A DNA stretch of 63,189 nt, the filler included, from Octopus bimaculoides (Eukaryota): NCBI RefSeq assembly GCF_001194135.2. It is 4 parts of 3 records of this genome, joined end to end, with 100 filler letters (N's around TTAATTAATTAA, not from the genome) between each part and the next. Parts side by side here need not be neighbours in the genome. Positions count along the whole stretch, not along the records: positions 1 to 30,681 come from NC_068989.1; 3 more parts are not named here. The stretch is one strand, 5' to 3'. Below, in pieces: positions 10,976 to 24,270 of this stretch; the first letter of the stretch is position 1; the number at the start of each line of letters is the position of its first letter. Made by a program: the position numbers and the translations under genes. The notes under the pieces were generated by a model. The model was not told the origin of the DNA and ran no database searches. It worked only from the letters and a program-made list of their open reading frames with translations.

Positions 10976-11284
10976 GAACAATCTAGAAACAGTTTGAATA
11001 TATTTTGAAACAAAAACCTGAAGAATTGAGAGCTACTGGAAATTGTTTAAAACAAACAAAAAAAAAAGAGTAAAAAATTCTAAGTAAAAGTTTCAAATTT
11101 GCTTTTGTTCAATAAGGTAACTGAGAAAAAGCCAGTTTGTTGGTCATAATCAATATAAGACAGAAGAAATCAATATATACATTAAATATATAGACATTAT
11201 ATATAGAGAGAAAGAGAATATATATATATATAGAGAGAGAGAGAGATTACATAGAGAGAGAGATTACATAGAGAGAGAGATTAC

Positions 11285-11325
<41 letters not shown>

Positions 11326-11577
11326 ATATATATAGAGAGAGAGAGGGGGGAGAGAGAGAGAGAGAGAAAGAGAAAATCGAAGAGCAACTAGTGTTTATTT
11401 GATTGAAATGAACCTTGAACATATCTAAAAGGGGGGAACACATGCAAACTGCATCAAGTCAGGATATAATGAGCAATCAATATGAATAGAGACAGGAGCA
11501 AGTACAGACATGTTCATGAAATGGATCATTTCAAACAAGATGAAGTATCAGGATAGCAAAAGTAAAAAGGCTCTCAC

Positions 11578-11647
11578 CTGTGGATTAACGTCTTTATAGA
11601 ATGTGAGATTAACAGCAAAAGTCTTTTTTTGTGGTCCCCCTTTTCCC
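11578..11647 (-). CDS. PTGES3: p23/PTGES3 coding exon 3 (GKGGPQKKTFAVNLTFYKDVNPQ)
   Basis: atttcag acceptor, gtgaga donor, phase 2 to 0; GKGG...LxFYKxVxP pattern of p23. Confidence 0.93.
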
Positions 11648-11815
11648 CTGAAATAAAAGTTGAATTATGTTAAAAACAATTTTAAATGATTCAATAAAAA
11701 CATAAGCTAGCTGCAGACAGATATTTCTGAAGATGTGTATATAACTAGAACTGAAATCTAGACAAAAATAATTGAAAAAACAAGCTAGTGTCTTAATATA
11801 AATAATTATACTTAC

Positions 11816-11926
11816 TGGAAACTCAAGAAGGAGCCTTGGACATCAAAAGTAGGGTCAACACAATCTTCAACATGTATTGTGAGAAACAGTTTGTCTTTTC
11901 GTTGAGCCCATGACACAGGAGGGATA
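11816..11926 (-). CDS. PTGES3: p23/PTGES3 coding exon 2 (IPPVSWAQRKDKLFLTIHVEDCVDPTFDVQGSFLSF)
   Basis: ttttcag acceptor and gtaagt donor; PPVxWAQR is the N-terminal motif of the p23 CS domain. Confidence 0.93.
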
Positions 11927-12039
11927 CTGAAAAACAAACATTAATTGTAACACAAGTATATATGTATGTAAGTAGCAGAAACACTGCATTCTCAGCAGTT
12001 TTCTACTAGTAATGTTGATTTGAAAAAATTATGTGGACG

Positions 12040-12618
12040 ACTGGCACCCATGCCAACCTCTCCTTCATTGGACACTACACTCTGTTTGCGAAGACCTGTT
12101 GGGGCAAGTGAAATCGAAATCGTAATTGAACCATATTCAATGACTGGCACCTGTGCCAGTGGAGCACTAACAGCACCGTCCGAGCATGATCATTGCCAGA
12201 GCANNNNNNNNNNAGCACTAACAGCACCGTCCGAGCATGATCATTGCCAGAGCAGTTGTCTGGCTTCCGTGCCAGTGACACGTAAATAGCACCATTTGAG
12301 TGTGATCATTACCAGCGTCGCTTTACTGGCACTTGTGCCGGTGACACGTTAGAAAACACTCAAGCGAGGTCGTTGCCAGTGCCGCTGGGCTGGCTCCTGT
12401 GCAGGTGGCACGTAAAATACACCATTTTGAGCATGGCCGTTGCCAGTACCGTCTGACTGGTGCTCGTGCGGGTGACACGTAAAAGCACCCACTACACTCT
12501 CGGAGTGGTTGGCGTTAGGAAGGGCATCCAGCTGTAGAAACTGCCAGATCAGATTGGAGCCTGGTGCAGCCATCTGGTTCACCAGTCCTCAGTCAAATCA
12601 TCCGATGATGATGATGAT
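12040..12618 (+). mobile_element. RTE 3'UTR-only copy with internal ~60-bp repeats and (GAT)n tail
   Basis: Repeated tggcacttgtgccggtgacacgtaaaagcacc-type units; reverse-complementary to 13230-13640. Confidence 0.75.
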
Positions 12619-12735
12619 ATTTTGCACAAGACACCTACAGGAAAAATGCTGAGAACAACAGACACTTGTTACCAGTTTTCTATGATCTCAAAAAGGATTC
12701 CAACACCATACCTCGCACAACTACGTGAATGGTAT

Positions 12736-13030
12736 GAAGGCATGTGGCTTAGTGGTTAGGGTATTTCACTCACAGTCGAAAGGTCAGGAGTTCGATTCCC
12801 AGCTGCATATTGTGTCCTTGAACAAGACACTTTATTTCACTCAGCTGGCAAAAGTGAGTTATACCATAATTTAAAAGAGCCAGCCTTGTTACATTCTGTG
12901 TCATGCTAAATCTCCCCCAAGAACTCCATTAACTGTACTCATGACTGATGCGCTCAGCCGCTTCATGAGCAAGCTGTTCTTTTGATCAGATCAAGTGGAA
13001 CCCTCATCATAACCAGAGTGCCAGCATGTG
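12736..13030 (+). mobile_element. SINE group B
   Basis: A-box TGGCTTAGTGG and B-box GAGTTCGATTCCC, then the shared core. Confidence 0.7.
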
Positions 13031-13221
13031 AATTGTCCTAAAACAATTCGGTTGCCCCAATTGTTTTGTGGCACTCATCCAGAAACTTCAATTGAAGAAC
13101 AGGACAGTTGATATATGAAAACAAAGTTGGAACTTCAAGTAGAGATGTGTAATAACCCTAACTTTGTTCTACCCTACAAAATACCACCTAATAATCCAGG
13201 TGCAGGGAACAAGTACCACTT

Positions 13222-14990
13222 TGATGATGATGATGATCATCATCATCATCGTTGTTGTTTAATGTCGGCTTTCCATGCTGGCATGGGTTGGATGGTTTGA
13301 CTGAGGGCTGGCAAGCCAGAAGGCTGCACTTGGCTTCCAATCTGATCTGGTAAAGTTTCTACAGCTGGATGCCCTTCTTTAACGCCAACCCATTCCGAGA
13401 GTGTAGTGGGTGCGTTTTACATGCCACCAGCACAGGAGCCAGTCAGGCTGCACTGGCAATGATCACGCTCAAATGGTGCTTTTTATGTGCCACCGGCATG
13501 GGAGCCAGTCAGGTGGCACTGACAACGATCATGCTCAAACAGTGCTTTTAACGTGTCACTGGCACAGGTGCCAATCAGGCAGTACTGTCATTGGCCACAA
13601 CAACGATTTCACTTGCCTCAACAGGTCTTTTCAAGCACAGTTTATTGCCCAATAATTGAAGGGTACTCTTAAATGGGCCAGTTACGTTGCACTGGCATAG
13701 GCCACGGTTATGGTCTCACTTGGCTTGCCAGGTATTCTTAAGCGAGCATATCTCCAAAGGTCTCGGTCACATTACCTGGGTGCGACCCAATGTTCAAAGG
13801 TTGTGCTTCACCACCTCATCCCAGGTCTTCCTGGGTTTACCTCTTCCACAGGTTCCCTCTACTGCTAGAGTGTGGCACTTTTTCACACAGCTGTCCTCAT
13901 CCATTCACAATACATGACCATACCAGTACAGTCATCTCTTTTGCACGACATCTGATGCTTCTTAAATCCAACTTTTCTCTCAGGGCGCTTACACTCTATC
14001 ATGTATGCAAAATGACATTACACATCCAGCGGAGCATACTGGCTTCATTCCTTGCAAGGTTACACATGACCTCAGCAGTCACAGCCCATGTTTCACAGCC
14101 ATCTAGCATGGCTGTTCGCACACATGCATCATACAGTCTACCTTTTACTCTGAACTTTACTCAGGTTATTCTTATTCTAGCAGCTACACTTTCAGAGCAT
14201 CTACCCATGATACTGACTTGGTCACCTAGGTAACGGAAGCTATCAACTACTTGTAGTTTTTTCCCCTGGAATGTGACGGAAGCTGTTTTCTGCATATTTT
14301 CAGTGTTTATTGCTCCTGAGCATCTGCCACACAAAAACTATCTTCCCAGTTAACCTTCCTTTGATATTACTGCACTTCTTATGTGTCCATAGTTTACACT
14401 GAGTACATCTAAAGGAGTTTCTACCTATGCTTTTTCTACAGATTGAGCAGGGCCATCTACCTGAAGGGATTTGTGGTTTGTCTGCCTTCCTACTTATTAA
14501 GACTTTGGTTTTTGCTAGGTTGACTCTAAGGCCCTTCGATTCTAATCCTTGCTTCCGTACCTGAAACTTCTCTAGTTCTGATAGTAACTCAGCTATTAGA
14601 GCAAGGTCATCAACATAGAGAAGCTCCCAGGAACATCCTGTCTTGAATTCCTGTTATTGCCTGAAGGACTGATGAATAAGAGGGGGCTGAGGAGTGATCC
14701 TTGGTGGACCCCTACCCAGAATTCTTCACTGTACTTGTTGACAACCCTCACTTTACTGACAGTATCCCTGTACATGGCTTGTACAGCTCTCACTAACCAT
14801 TCATCTATCCCTAGTTTCCTCACTGACCACCAGATAAGGGATTGAGGAACCCTGTCAAAGGCTTTCTCCATGTCAATGAAAGCTAGGTACAGAGGTTTAT
14901 CTTTGGCTAGGTATTTCTCCTGAAGTTGTCTTACTAGAAATATAACATCAGCGGTGCTTTTCCCTGGCACAAACCCAAACTGCATTACAA
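13222..14990 (-). mobile_element. 5'-truncated RTE LINE (RT domain, 3'UTR, (GAT)n tail)
   Basis: QFGFVPGKSTADVIFLVRQLQEKY...AFIDMEKAFDRVP...GVHQGSLLSPLLF and an LLYVDDL (YADD-type) motif; frameshifted. Confidence 0.92.
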
Positions 14991-15174
14991 TCTGTACAGA
15001 CTGATTACAAAGACTGACCAATAGAACTCCTGTCACTGAACTGTCATACATTGGAAACAATGCCTTACCAGCTCATTTACCTGAAGAAATGCATATGATA
15101 GCTTTGCTCAGAGAATCAACATTCAGAAAATCTGCACAACTTGCTCAAAACTCAAATCTTCCAAATTTCAGCAT

Positions 15175-15560
15175 TACCACCACTTAACATTCGCTCTCCA
15201 TGCTGGTATGGGTTGGATAGTTTGACATGGAGCTGGATAGCAAAGAGCTGTCCAAACTCCAGCTGTCTGTTGTGGCATAGTGTCTACAGCTGGATGCCCT
15301 TCCTAACACCAACCACTTAGAGTGTACTGGGTGCTTTTCATGTGCTACCAGGATGGATGCTTTTTAAGTGGCACTGGCACCTGAAAGGACAAGGCTGCAT
15401 GTGTAGAAGACAGCAATTTTACTTAGCTTGACATGTCTCCTCAAGTATAGCACACCACCACATCTCTCAGACCCTTGTCTTTTCCTCAGTGAGGCTCAGC
15501 ATCCGAAGATCCATTTTCACTACTTTGTTGCACATCATCCTGGGTCTACAACTTCCACAG
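15175..15560 (-). mobile_element. Degenerate RTE 3'-tail copy
   Basis: ctacagctggatgcccttcctaacaccaacc core. Confidence 0.6.
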
Positions 15561-15739
15561 GTACCCTCCACAATTAGCATCACTCTCAAACAGGAATAAG
15601 TAAACTTGTTACCATAACTGAAGCATCCTATCTAAATAATCTGAGCTATTCATGTTGCTTCTGGAAAACTTCCAGCATGCCTTCAAATATTTTGAGAGAT
15701 GGTCTTAATACCAACAGGACATTTGAAAACTGGAACTAT

Positions 15740-16110
15740 TTCATCAACAGGAACTGCAGCCATGAACATTAAATGGAATGACTATGTCAACAGTCTTGCA
15801 GTCCTTGAACAGGCCAAAGCCTACAACATTGAGGCCACATCATCAAACATCACTTTAGATTGGCAGTTCAAGTCCACAAAATCCTCTGCAGTGAACTCAG
15901 AACCAGCAAGATATCATGGCTGTTCCCTTGCAATGCTACAAAGACTAACTCATATAGACAATGAAGAGCACCAACTTTAAATCCTGGGAGCCAACGCAGA
16001 GCAGATAGAATGCTGCATCACTTCAAGATTGGTGTAAAACATTTTAAAGAACATTGAAGGCATGAAGAAGGTAAACAGCTATGACAAGAGACCGGCCAAC
16101 TACAACCAAG
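15740..16110 (+). mobile_element. RTE/BovB-like RT C-terminal remnant
   Basis: MNIKWNDYVNSLAVLEQAKAYNIEAT followed by decayed LRW-like sequence. Confidence 0.5.
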
Positions 16111-16249
16111 ACCACCACCAAACATCAAATGTTACCTCTAAACACATTGTTTCTCACAAAAACCAGCCTTGCCAATTAGGGGCACCAACATAAATGAGGA
16201 ACTATAAAAAAGAGAGAAATGCTCAGAAAAAGTAGCTGATGCACCTTAT

Positions 16250-16610
16250 ATAATCATTTAAGTGTCCATGTTGGTACAGGTTCAATGGTTTGACCACATC
16301 CAATGTGTTCAAGAACTGCATGAAGCTCCAATGTCAGTGTTTGGAATGGCTTTTACAGCTGAATGCCCTTCCTAATGCCAACAACTTTACAGCATAGACT
16401 GGGTGCTTTTATCATGCTGCCTGCACTGTTGAGATTGCCATGCAGTTCTAAGGAGTACAAACTGGGGGGGGGGGTCGTGTTAGGGGACAAGAAGATTACT
16501 ATGGGGAGTAAGCTAAGGGACCAGATCAAGCTCCAATGTCTGCTTTGAAATAGTTTCTACACCTGGATGCCCTTCCTAACACCTACTTTATAGTGTACTG
16601 AATGCTTTTC
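16250..16610 (-). mobile_element. Degenerate RTE 3'-tail copies
   Basis: Two acagctg(g)atgcccttcctaa cores. Confidence 0.55.
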
Positions 16611-19600
16611 TTTCTCATAGTATTGGTACCAAGACAAAACACCTCAATTGAGTGGAGGTGTAGTATTGGAGCTAGATTATGCTAGATGTTGAGAGGTTAA
16701 AGTACGATAGGACAGGAACAGATGCTTTGCTGCAGAGAAACATGGCTTTTCCAGTTGGAAACAAAGATAAGAGATAGTGATGAAAATGTATTAAGGCATA
16801 CTCAAGATACACAAGGAAGAGATTTTAAGACAATACAGACAGAGGATTAGAGAAGGTGGGTGGGTAGGTAAATTTATGGAGTGTGGAAGGAGAGTGAGAG
16901 TGACAAATGGTTAGAGATGCGGATAGAAGTGAATTCAATGAATAGCAAAGGCCAAGTGGAAATATGGTCAACGGTGAATTAATTTTGGGGAAAGTGAGGG
17001 AAATAGAATTGTGTCAAAGGGAAGATGTGACAGTATAAAAGGGAGAGTAGAGACCAACAGCAAAATAGATAGATGAGAAATAGGGAGCCGATATATCTAT
17101 CAAGTGTATACCCATAGACATCCATCCACATATATATATCCATTTCTAGATGCATCCACGGTGTGTGTATTCATTAAAAGTAAAAATGGAAATTCTGACA
17201 CTGGTGCTACTCCTAAGAGTGGTGTCATTTTTCTATAACAATACAATGTATAACAAGAAACTAGGTCAAAGGCTTGTCCTATTATCACATTACCTACATA
17301 GATATCTTTCAAAGCAGTGCAACAATACAAAGGCCACAACTATAAAGCAGTTGTCAATACTGACATGTCTAATCATATTGCTAAACACTGAACTCTGCAC
17401 ATATGGATAAGTTACCTGTAGCAAGACTGACTTTGCCTTCTTAATCCTGATTGCAAACCCACTTAAAACTACTACCCTTTGTTCAATACAAGCTTCCTCT
17501 TTCAAAATGAACTAAAACTTTCCAAAACACCAGTTTCAGAGACATTTTACGAAATTCTTCATTTTCAAAACTGAGACAAAAGCAGTGCATTTCAACAGAA
17601 ATATGGTAACAAAAAGGTTGAAATTTTACTCAATTTTAAATATCATTTAGCATCCAAAAAAAGCAACTGATTAAATTTTTAGCATGTAAATTAAAATTTA
17701 ATTAAGAATAGAACAAATATAAAAATCTTAAAAGTTACGAATAATGCAATGGACAGCATAAACTGTTGCACATTCTACTTCCATCCTAAATTGCTCAACA
17801 CTTGGGGTCAAGGAAGGGGGTGTTGTTGTGATATAAAGTTGTATCATTATTTTACACCTATCAAAGCCCACTCAGAGTCAGGTTTCAACCTATTTCTTCC
17901 AGACAGAAACGTGAGAGAGAGAGAGATGAACCAACTCGACTACTGGAGACTTTCTTTATCCATACCAAAAGGATGAAAGACAAAGTTGACCTCAGTTGAA
18001 TTTGAAAAAAAAGAATTAAAGCTGTAAAATCATCTAATGAAAGCAAAAAAGAAGAAAAAAAAAACGAATTCATTATAATCAATACACAATATTGCATTAT
18101 CATCACTGTTGACATTTGCTCTTAGATAAAGAAAATGGATTCCCCATTGTCATAAATATTAAGGCTATTTTATTGTCTCGCATTATAAATGCAGCATTTT
18201 AGTATATCTAGCTACTTCAATAACTATATATTTAATATACATGATATACTTTAGTGGTTATTCAAGCATTTATTTATCATGCTTCATTGGTGACTTATCT
18301 GCACATTAGAAACATCATCTCTATGTCAATATAATTAAGTTATCTCTACTAGCCTAGTAATATCAACCTATTCATAAAATGGTCATTTCTTTCTACAATT
18401 TTACATTTTATTTTTATGGCAAAGTATTTTGTTATTGGCAGTTGGCTTTACATATCGACATCCTGCTAATTACTCGGCAATAAAGTAAGAATGAAACCTG
18501 TTAGCATGTCAAGAAAGTGAGGCAAGAATTACAGTTAAGCATCTTGCCCAGTAGCTCAACACAATAGCTGTAAAAAAGTTTGAACTCGAAATTAGAACAT
18601 CGAAAACTGAGTCCCTAAACTATTGCATCACATGTAACAAACATGATCAAGCCACAAGCAATCTGACAACACAAGGAGCATTAGTGCTTCCTTGAATTTG
18701 GTCCAACAAATTTGAAAAATATCTCCCATGTTGGCACAGGAAAAAATTATGTTCAAGAAAGATAAGCTATAAATTTTAAGGGTATAGTCAACTATATTAC
18801 TCCCCACCTCAGTCTTAAAGGGAACTTGATAAATTCCAGATTTAAACACAAAGGGACATAAATATATGCATTTTCATCTGGCATTATCACCAATAAATTT
18901 TCAGATGCATACAATCAAGAGCTGCATATTGACCAATAATTTGAACAGTACCAATTTTAGTAACAATAAAGGCATTATTTCTAAATTAACTGTTCTCCAT
19001 TTAATCCTCACACCTTACCTATTTTACATCAATTTATCCATCTATAATATGGGTGAAATAGAAGAAATAGTATTTTGTTCAGGCAAACCAGGAGTTAGAT
19101 GCCTTGCTAATGGACACAAGTGGTTGGAGATGAAATTATGGCCATGTGGTCAGTTGTTTAAAGACAGCCCCACTGCTTTTCATTTCTCTAAAGTACAAAT
19201 AATTTTGAAGATATTTACCAACAAGAATTGCTTCAGAAAAGCCAAATAATATTTGTAGAATCATCCCCCCCCCCCCAATGTTCACATGGTTGGGAGAAAT
19301 CTGCAAAACAAGAACAATGAAATTCTTGAAGGGAAAGATATGAGTGTAGGGCATGGCCATGGGGTTCATGAGTTCCAATGCTACTTCGGCATGGCTTCTA
19401 CAGCTGGATATCCTTCTCAACACCAACCACCTTTCAATGTATTGGGTACTTTTTCCATGGGATCAGCACAAATGAGGTCACAATGTAACTCACAAGACTA
19501 AAGAGTCCCCTTGTTTGAGAGGGAGACAGCTTTATATCAAATGTTAAAGTATGATAGAAAGACAATAGGTCTGTTGCTGTAGGAGATACATGGCTACCCT

Positions 19601-20319
19601 CCCAGCATTATATAAAGGTGGATGGGAATAGCTGGGAAGAGAGATGAAGATGGTGGTGACAGATGTTCGGGCATACCCTTAAAGTAGATGAAATGTAGAA
19701 GAGAGAATGAGGTAGGATCAAAAAGGCTGAGTGGGTAAAGTTTGCAACAGTATGGAAGGGGAGTGACAGATGGTTAGCAATGGGGTAGAGATGAACATAG
19801 CATTAGTAAAGTAGATGCATGGTCGATGGTAAACGAGTTAAAGGGGAAGGTGAAGAAATATACATTCAGTAGGGAAGTGATGAGAAGCAGGAAAACTGCA
19901 GATATGACAGGTACGGGATAAAGATTATCAGAGTATAGCAGGAAGAGAGCAAATGAGATGTACAGTGACAAGGATGGAGGGGGTCGAAGTGAATACAATG
20001 AATAACAAATGGTGGAGGATGTCAATGGCAGATACAAGTGTTAAGAATAAAATATGGGTGTCAATAGGATGCAGTTAAGGAGAGATGAGAGACGGAAAGG
20101 TAACTGGTGGCACGGAAAAGGGAGATCAATGAGAAATAAGAGAGACAAATATGAAAGGAAAGTGATTCTAAACAGAGAGATAGTGGTAGCATAGAAAAGG
20201 GATGAAATATATAGTTCTGTTCTCATTTAATTAGATGAGTGATGGAGGGATGGGCTTGACTGGTACAATTCAGGTATGGGACCAGTTGTATGTATACATG
20301 TAAACATAATGCTTTTAGG

Positions 20320-20493
20320 ACCAGTTTTGCTGTGCTTAAGACCTGTCCAACACTACAAATCCCCAAATCATCTGTTCTTTGTTGCCTCCTGTATGAGGCT
20401 CAACGTCTTGAGAACAGCCTTCATTACTTCTGTTCCATGTTGTCTAGTTTCTTCTTTCAAAGGCTCTTTTCACATAAAACAATCAACACTCAT

Positions 20494-20530
<37 letters not shown>

Positions 20531-20870
20531 TGTACCAATGCAATTTTCTTTCTTGTACACTATATCCGATTTCTCATTCGCCCTACAACATTCATATACA
20601 CTGGTACTACACATCCAGTGGAGCATGCTAGATTCATTTCTTTCTCATTTCCACAAGTCCTTTGCATTCAGGGCTCATGTCTCACATCAATGCATCACTA
20701 CAGTGTATACACAGGCCTCATACACACTGCCTTCCAGTCTGAGACCTCGTTACCAATTGAGGTAATAACTAAACTTTTCCAGCCCGTTCTTATTTTAGCA
20801 ACTATACTTTCAGAAAATACTTCTCCATAATTCAATCACTTAGATAAAAGAAACTATCTACCATTTTCAG
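20320..20870 (-). mobile_element. RTE ORF2 3' fragment interrupted by (TA)n
   Basis: Same segment as 13900-14200 (gcatgctagat, cactacagtgtatacacaggcc...tgagacctc). Confidence 0.65.
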
Positions 20871-22211
20871 GGAATCTCCAAGGAATTCCAAATCTATTTC
20901 CCATGTGATCCTACACTAGGCCCATTATAAGCAACTTCTACCTAAACCTTTTCTACTTCTTGAGTAAGGTCATTCTCCTGTAGGAAGCAGTCCTGTTTAT
21001 TTTCCTGATTACTAGAATTTTGGTCTTTGCTAATTTTAAAGCCCTTTAACTACGTTTTTCTCCCATACAAAGGGATTCTTTTTGGTTACCTCACCCCCAT
21101 TAAAATATTGAGTTATCTCCCTACGTTTTTCAGGAAATATCAATAAGCATGAAAACTGAAAAATTAATAAACATGAAAAATGAAAAAATAAAACCGCCTT
21201 ATTGAATCTAATAACATTTATATAACAAATTATACCATGTCTATTGAAGAGGCCAAACGTCAACATGTTGGAAATACTGAATCAAAAGGATCTAACTCTT
21301 TTAATCCAATCTCGGCGCCACATTAACTCGATTTTTTAGTGGGGAGGTAACCCAATTCTTAAATGCGAGTGAGATAACCAAAAAGTACCTTCTTTTCTAC
21401 TAGATTCAGTGATAAGAAGGTGGTCATCAGTATATAGGAGTTCCCACGGGGAAACTCCTTGTATACCTTCCCCACCGTTCCAACAATTCAAATATTAAAC
21501 AATGAAGTATTCCAAAATATCTCAATGCCACAGTATGAAAAAGAGAGAGACACTAACGTTCCTTCTCAAAATAAAATTTTAATATCAATCACTGAAGAAC
21601 AGTAAACTGGCAAAATCATTAGTATCAGACAAAATGCTTTGTAGCATTGCTTCTAGCTCTTATATTGAGTTCAAACCCTATCAAAGTCAATTTATCATCC
21701 CTCTGAGATTTGTCAAGCAAGGTACCAGTCAAGTACTGGAGTCAATGATATAAACTAACCACCTATTCCCTTCAAAAATGCTGCCTTGTGTCTAGATTAG
21801 AAATATTGAGGACCCATTCGTCCTACCACCATACAACAGTGAAGGTCAATTTATGAAGCTTTGTACAGATACTGAGATATTTTAGACAATTTATTGTAAT
21901 TAGCCCAAATCTTATACATTAAAACAGACCAAGTGAGAGAAGCATTGCCTGATTTGTAGTCAATGTAATTCAGAGAAAGTTCATGGGAGTTGTTAAGGCA
22001 AGTTATAAGACACCAGCTTTTTCAGAATCCTGTCGCCAAACAAGATTAAACTGTTCTTTTTCCCTTTTTGTGGTATTTTTAAACAACTTAGTTATGAAAG
22101 GATTAAAAATATGAATGCAGATAAATGGTTTCCCTGCTCTACTTGTCCCTCGATCTGCTAGAAAAAGTAGTAAAAATCAATTTTAATGACATTGGATAAT
22201 TGTTGTTGTTG

Positions 22212-22545
22212 TTGGCACTCCGATCAACAGAACAGCCTGCTCGTGAAATTAACATGCAAGTGGCTGAGCACTCCACAGACACGTGTACCCTTAACGTAGT
22301 TCTTGGGGATATTCAGCGTAACACAGATATGACAAGGCTGACCCTTTGAATTACAGGCACAACAGAAACAGGAAGTAAGAGTAAGAGAAAGTTGTGGTGA
22401 AAGAGTACAACAGTGTTCGCCACCATCCCCTGCTGGAGCCTCGTAGGGCTTTAGGTGTTTTCGCTCAATAAACACTCACAACGCCCGGTTTGGGAATCGA
22501 AACCGCGAGTCCGCTGCCCTAACCACTGGGCCATTGCACCTCCAC
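22212..22545 (-). mobile_element. SINE group B, near full length
   Basis: Head gtggaggtgcaatggcccagtggttagggcagcggac on the minus strand, (AAC)n tail; close copy at 43631. Confidence 0.85.
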
Positions 22546-23904
22546 GACATTGGATAATAGTAGGGTAACAAAAGCTGTTTTGCAGAGACAGCTGAGCAGA
22601 GAAAGACAATTTCACTCTAATTTCTACATTTGTTTAATGTTCATTTTCACCTTTTCATCACCACCCTAATTTAAAATATATAGCACAGTACTCACCCATA
22701 CAAAATAATGAGTATTCAAAACATTATATAACTGCGATTTTCAAAAAAATTTTTTATCCAAACCTAAAAGTATTACGACACACCAACTACAAATAGGTGT
22801 TACAACCCCCTCCGACTTTGTTTCCTCATAACTGTCATAAAAAATGCATGTCTATTCCTGCACTTTTGTATCGATACATTTTCGAGGATATAGATTACTA
22901 TTTATATTGATGCCTGCCCAATTTTAACACCAATTTGCGTAACAAAGTTACTTTTTTCACTTTCACTTTGTTAACAGATACATATTTGAAACGACATAGC
23001 GCAACTGGCACTCTCGAAAACGTATTTCTGCAAAAATGTCATTTCAAAACATAGTTTAAAATGGGTTATAAAGAAACAAATAGTGGAGAATGACCGGAAA
23101 CCCGTTCGAAAAGAAATATTTTATGTTATCAAACATACACGTAATCTACACCACTGCGAACGTTACTTTGCAAAATTTCATGAACTGATACGCATTTAAA
23201 ACTCAAGAAAAGAACACCAATCTGTAGTTAATGACGAGACATTTTCAATATTCCGAAAGTGAAACAGTTCTAATGCTTTCATTATCCTGTAACAGAAAGA
23301 CACCACTACTACCATCATCATCATCACGATACAGCGTCTTTGACTATAAAATTAATGTTTCAAACAATGATCAGCAATTTCCTTGCTTTTCATCGTTCCC
23401 GAATCAATACAAGTAATACAAAGGAATGACATTCAGTCACCTAGGTATCCTCTCCGCTTAGGTACCGCGATTAAACAGCTAACTACCCAATTTCAAAATT
23501 CAAATCTTTCCACTTCCGGGTTCGACAATAAATACCATCAGGTCATCGATGGATTCTCCATCACATCTAAATATTTGTGTTCTGCTATCATTAGAAACAT
23601 TACGAGCGATTGAGATCTGACGAACTTATTTTAGTCCCTGCGCTTCGCGATTGGTGGCGAGGGAGCACCGAAAACAAGGTTAATATCATTAGGTCTCGCG
23701 TATTAACAGTAAAAAGTAGTACCCGGAGTTAATTTTAAATGCTTTGAACGCTCGATTCCAAATATAAAGATTTTAGAAAACAAAATGTGGACCGAATACA
23801 CAGAAGAACCGGTACCTAATTTACATATTCGTGTAATGCAATTTTAAGGTAATAATTATGAAAAAATAAAGTCGAGGGCATCAATTCATAGAGATTAAAC
23901 TGCT

Positions 23905-24270
23905 AGGCGCATACATAGTTGTACGGTTAAGTTTGCACTCCGACCACATGGTTTCGGGTTCAGTTCCACAGCGTGGCACCTTGGGCAAAATGTCTTCTAC
24001 AATAGCAGCCCAGGGTTGACCTAAGCTTTGGTGGATTTAGTAGACGGAAACAGAAACAAGCAATTTATATAAATATATATATAAAATGCGCATGTCCCCC
24101 TTGCCAATGGATGTCAATCATACAAGCAGTGTCATTCATTTGTGATATCCTGTAAAGACATGTCCGGCCATGTGGATATATCATCCTGCATGGAAACAAG
24201 TGACTAGAAAAACTGCCTCAAAAAACAACATCCATCCCAAGCAAGCATGGAAAAGTGAACGTTAAAATGA
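23905..24270 (+). mobile_element. SINE group C
   Basis: cgaccacatggtttcgggttcagttccacagcgtggcaccttgggcaa head, internal (TA)n, tail ...catggaaaagtgaacgttaaaatga. Confidence 0.65.

Noticed and set aside
12163-12255. Apparent tandem duplication around a 10-N gap (similar at 59215-59315)
   Set aside because: Identical sequence on both sides of a 10-N gap is typical of unmerged contig overlap.
15069-15080. 12-nt micro-exon GTAAATGAGCTG giving an MSC-IPPV start for p23
   Set aside because: Phase fits, but the start context is weak (T at -3) and exon 25520-25536 is a much better first exon. Retained only as a remote alternative.
19480-20260. Purine-biased tract (similar at 16700-17100), possibly decayed Penelope-like element
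   Set aside because: No diagnostic RT or GIY-YIG motif could be read with confidence.
22690-22700. ATGG|gtgagt as p23 first exon
   Set aside because: Phase 1 is incompatible with exon 2, and it lies in a TE-like AT-rich tract.
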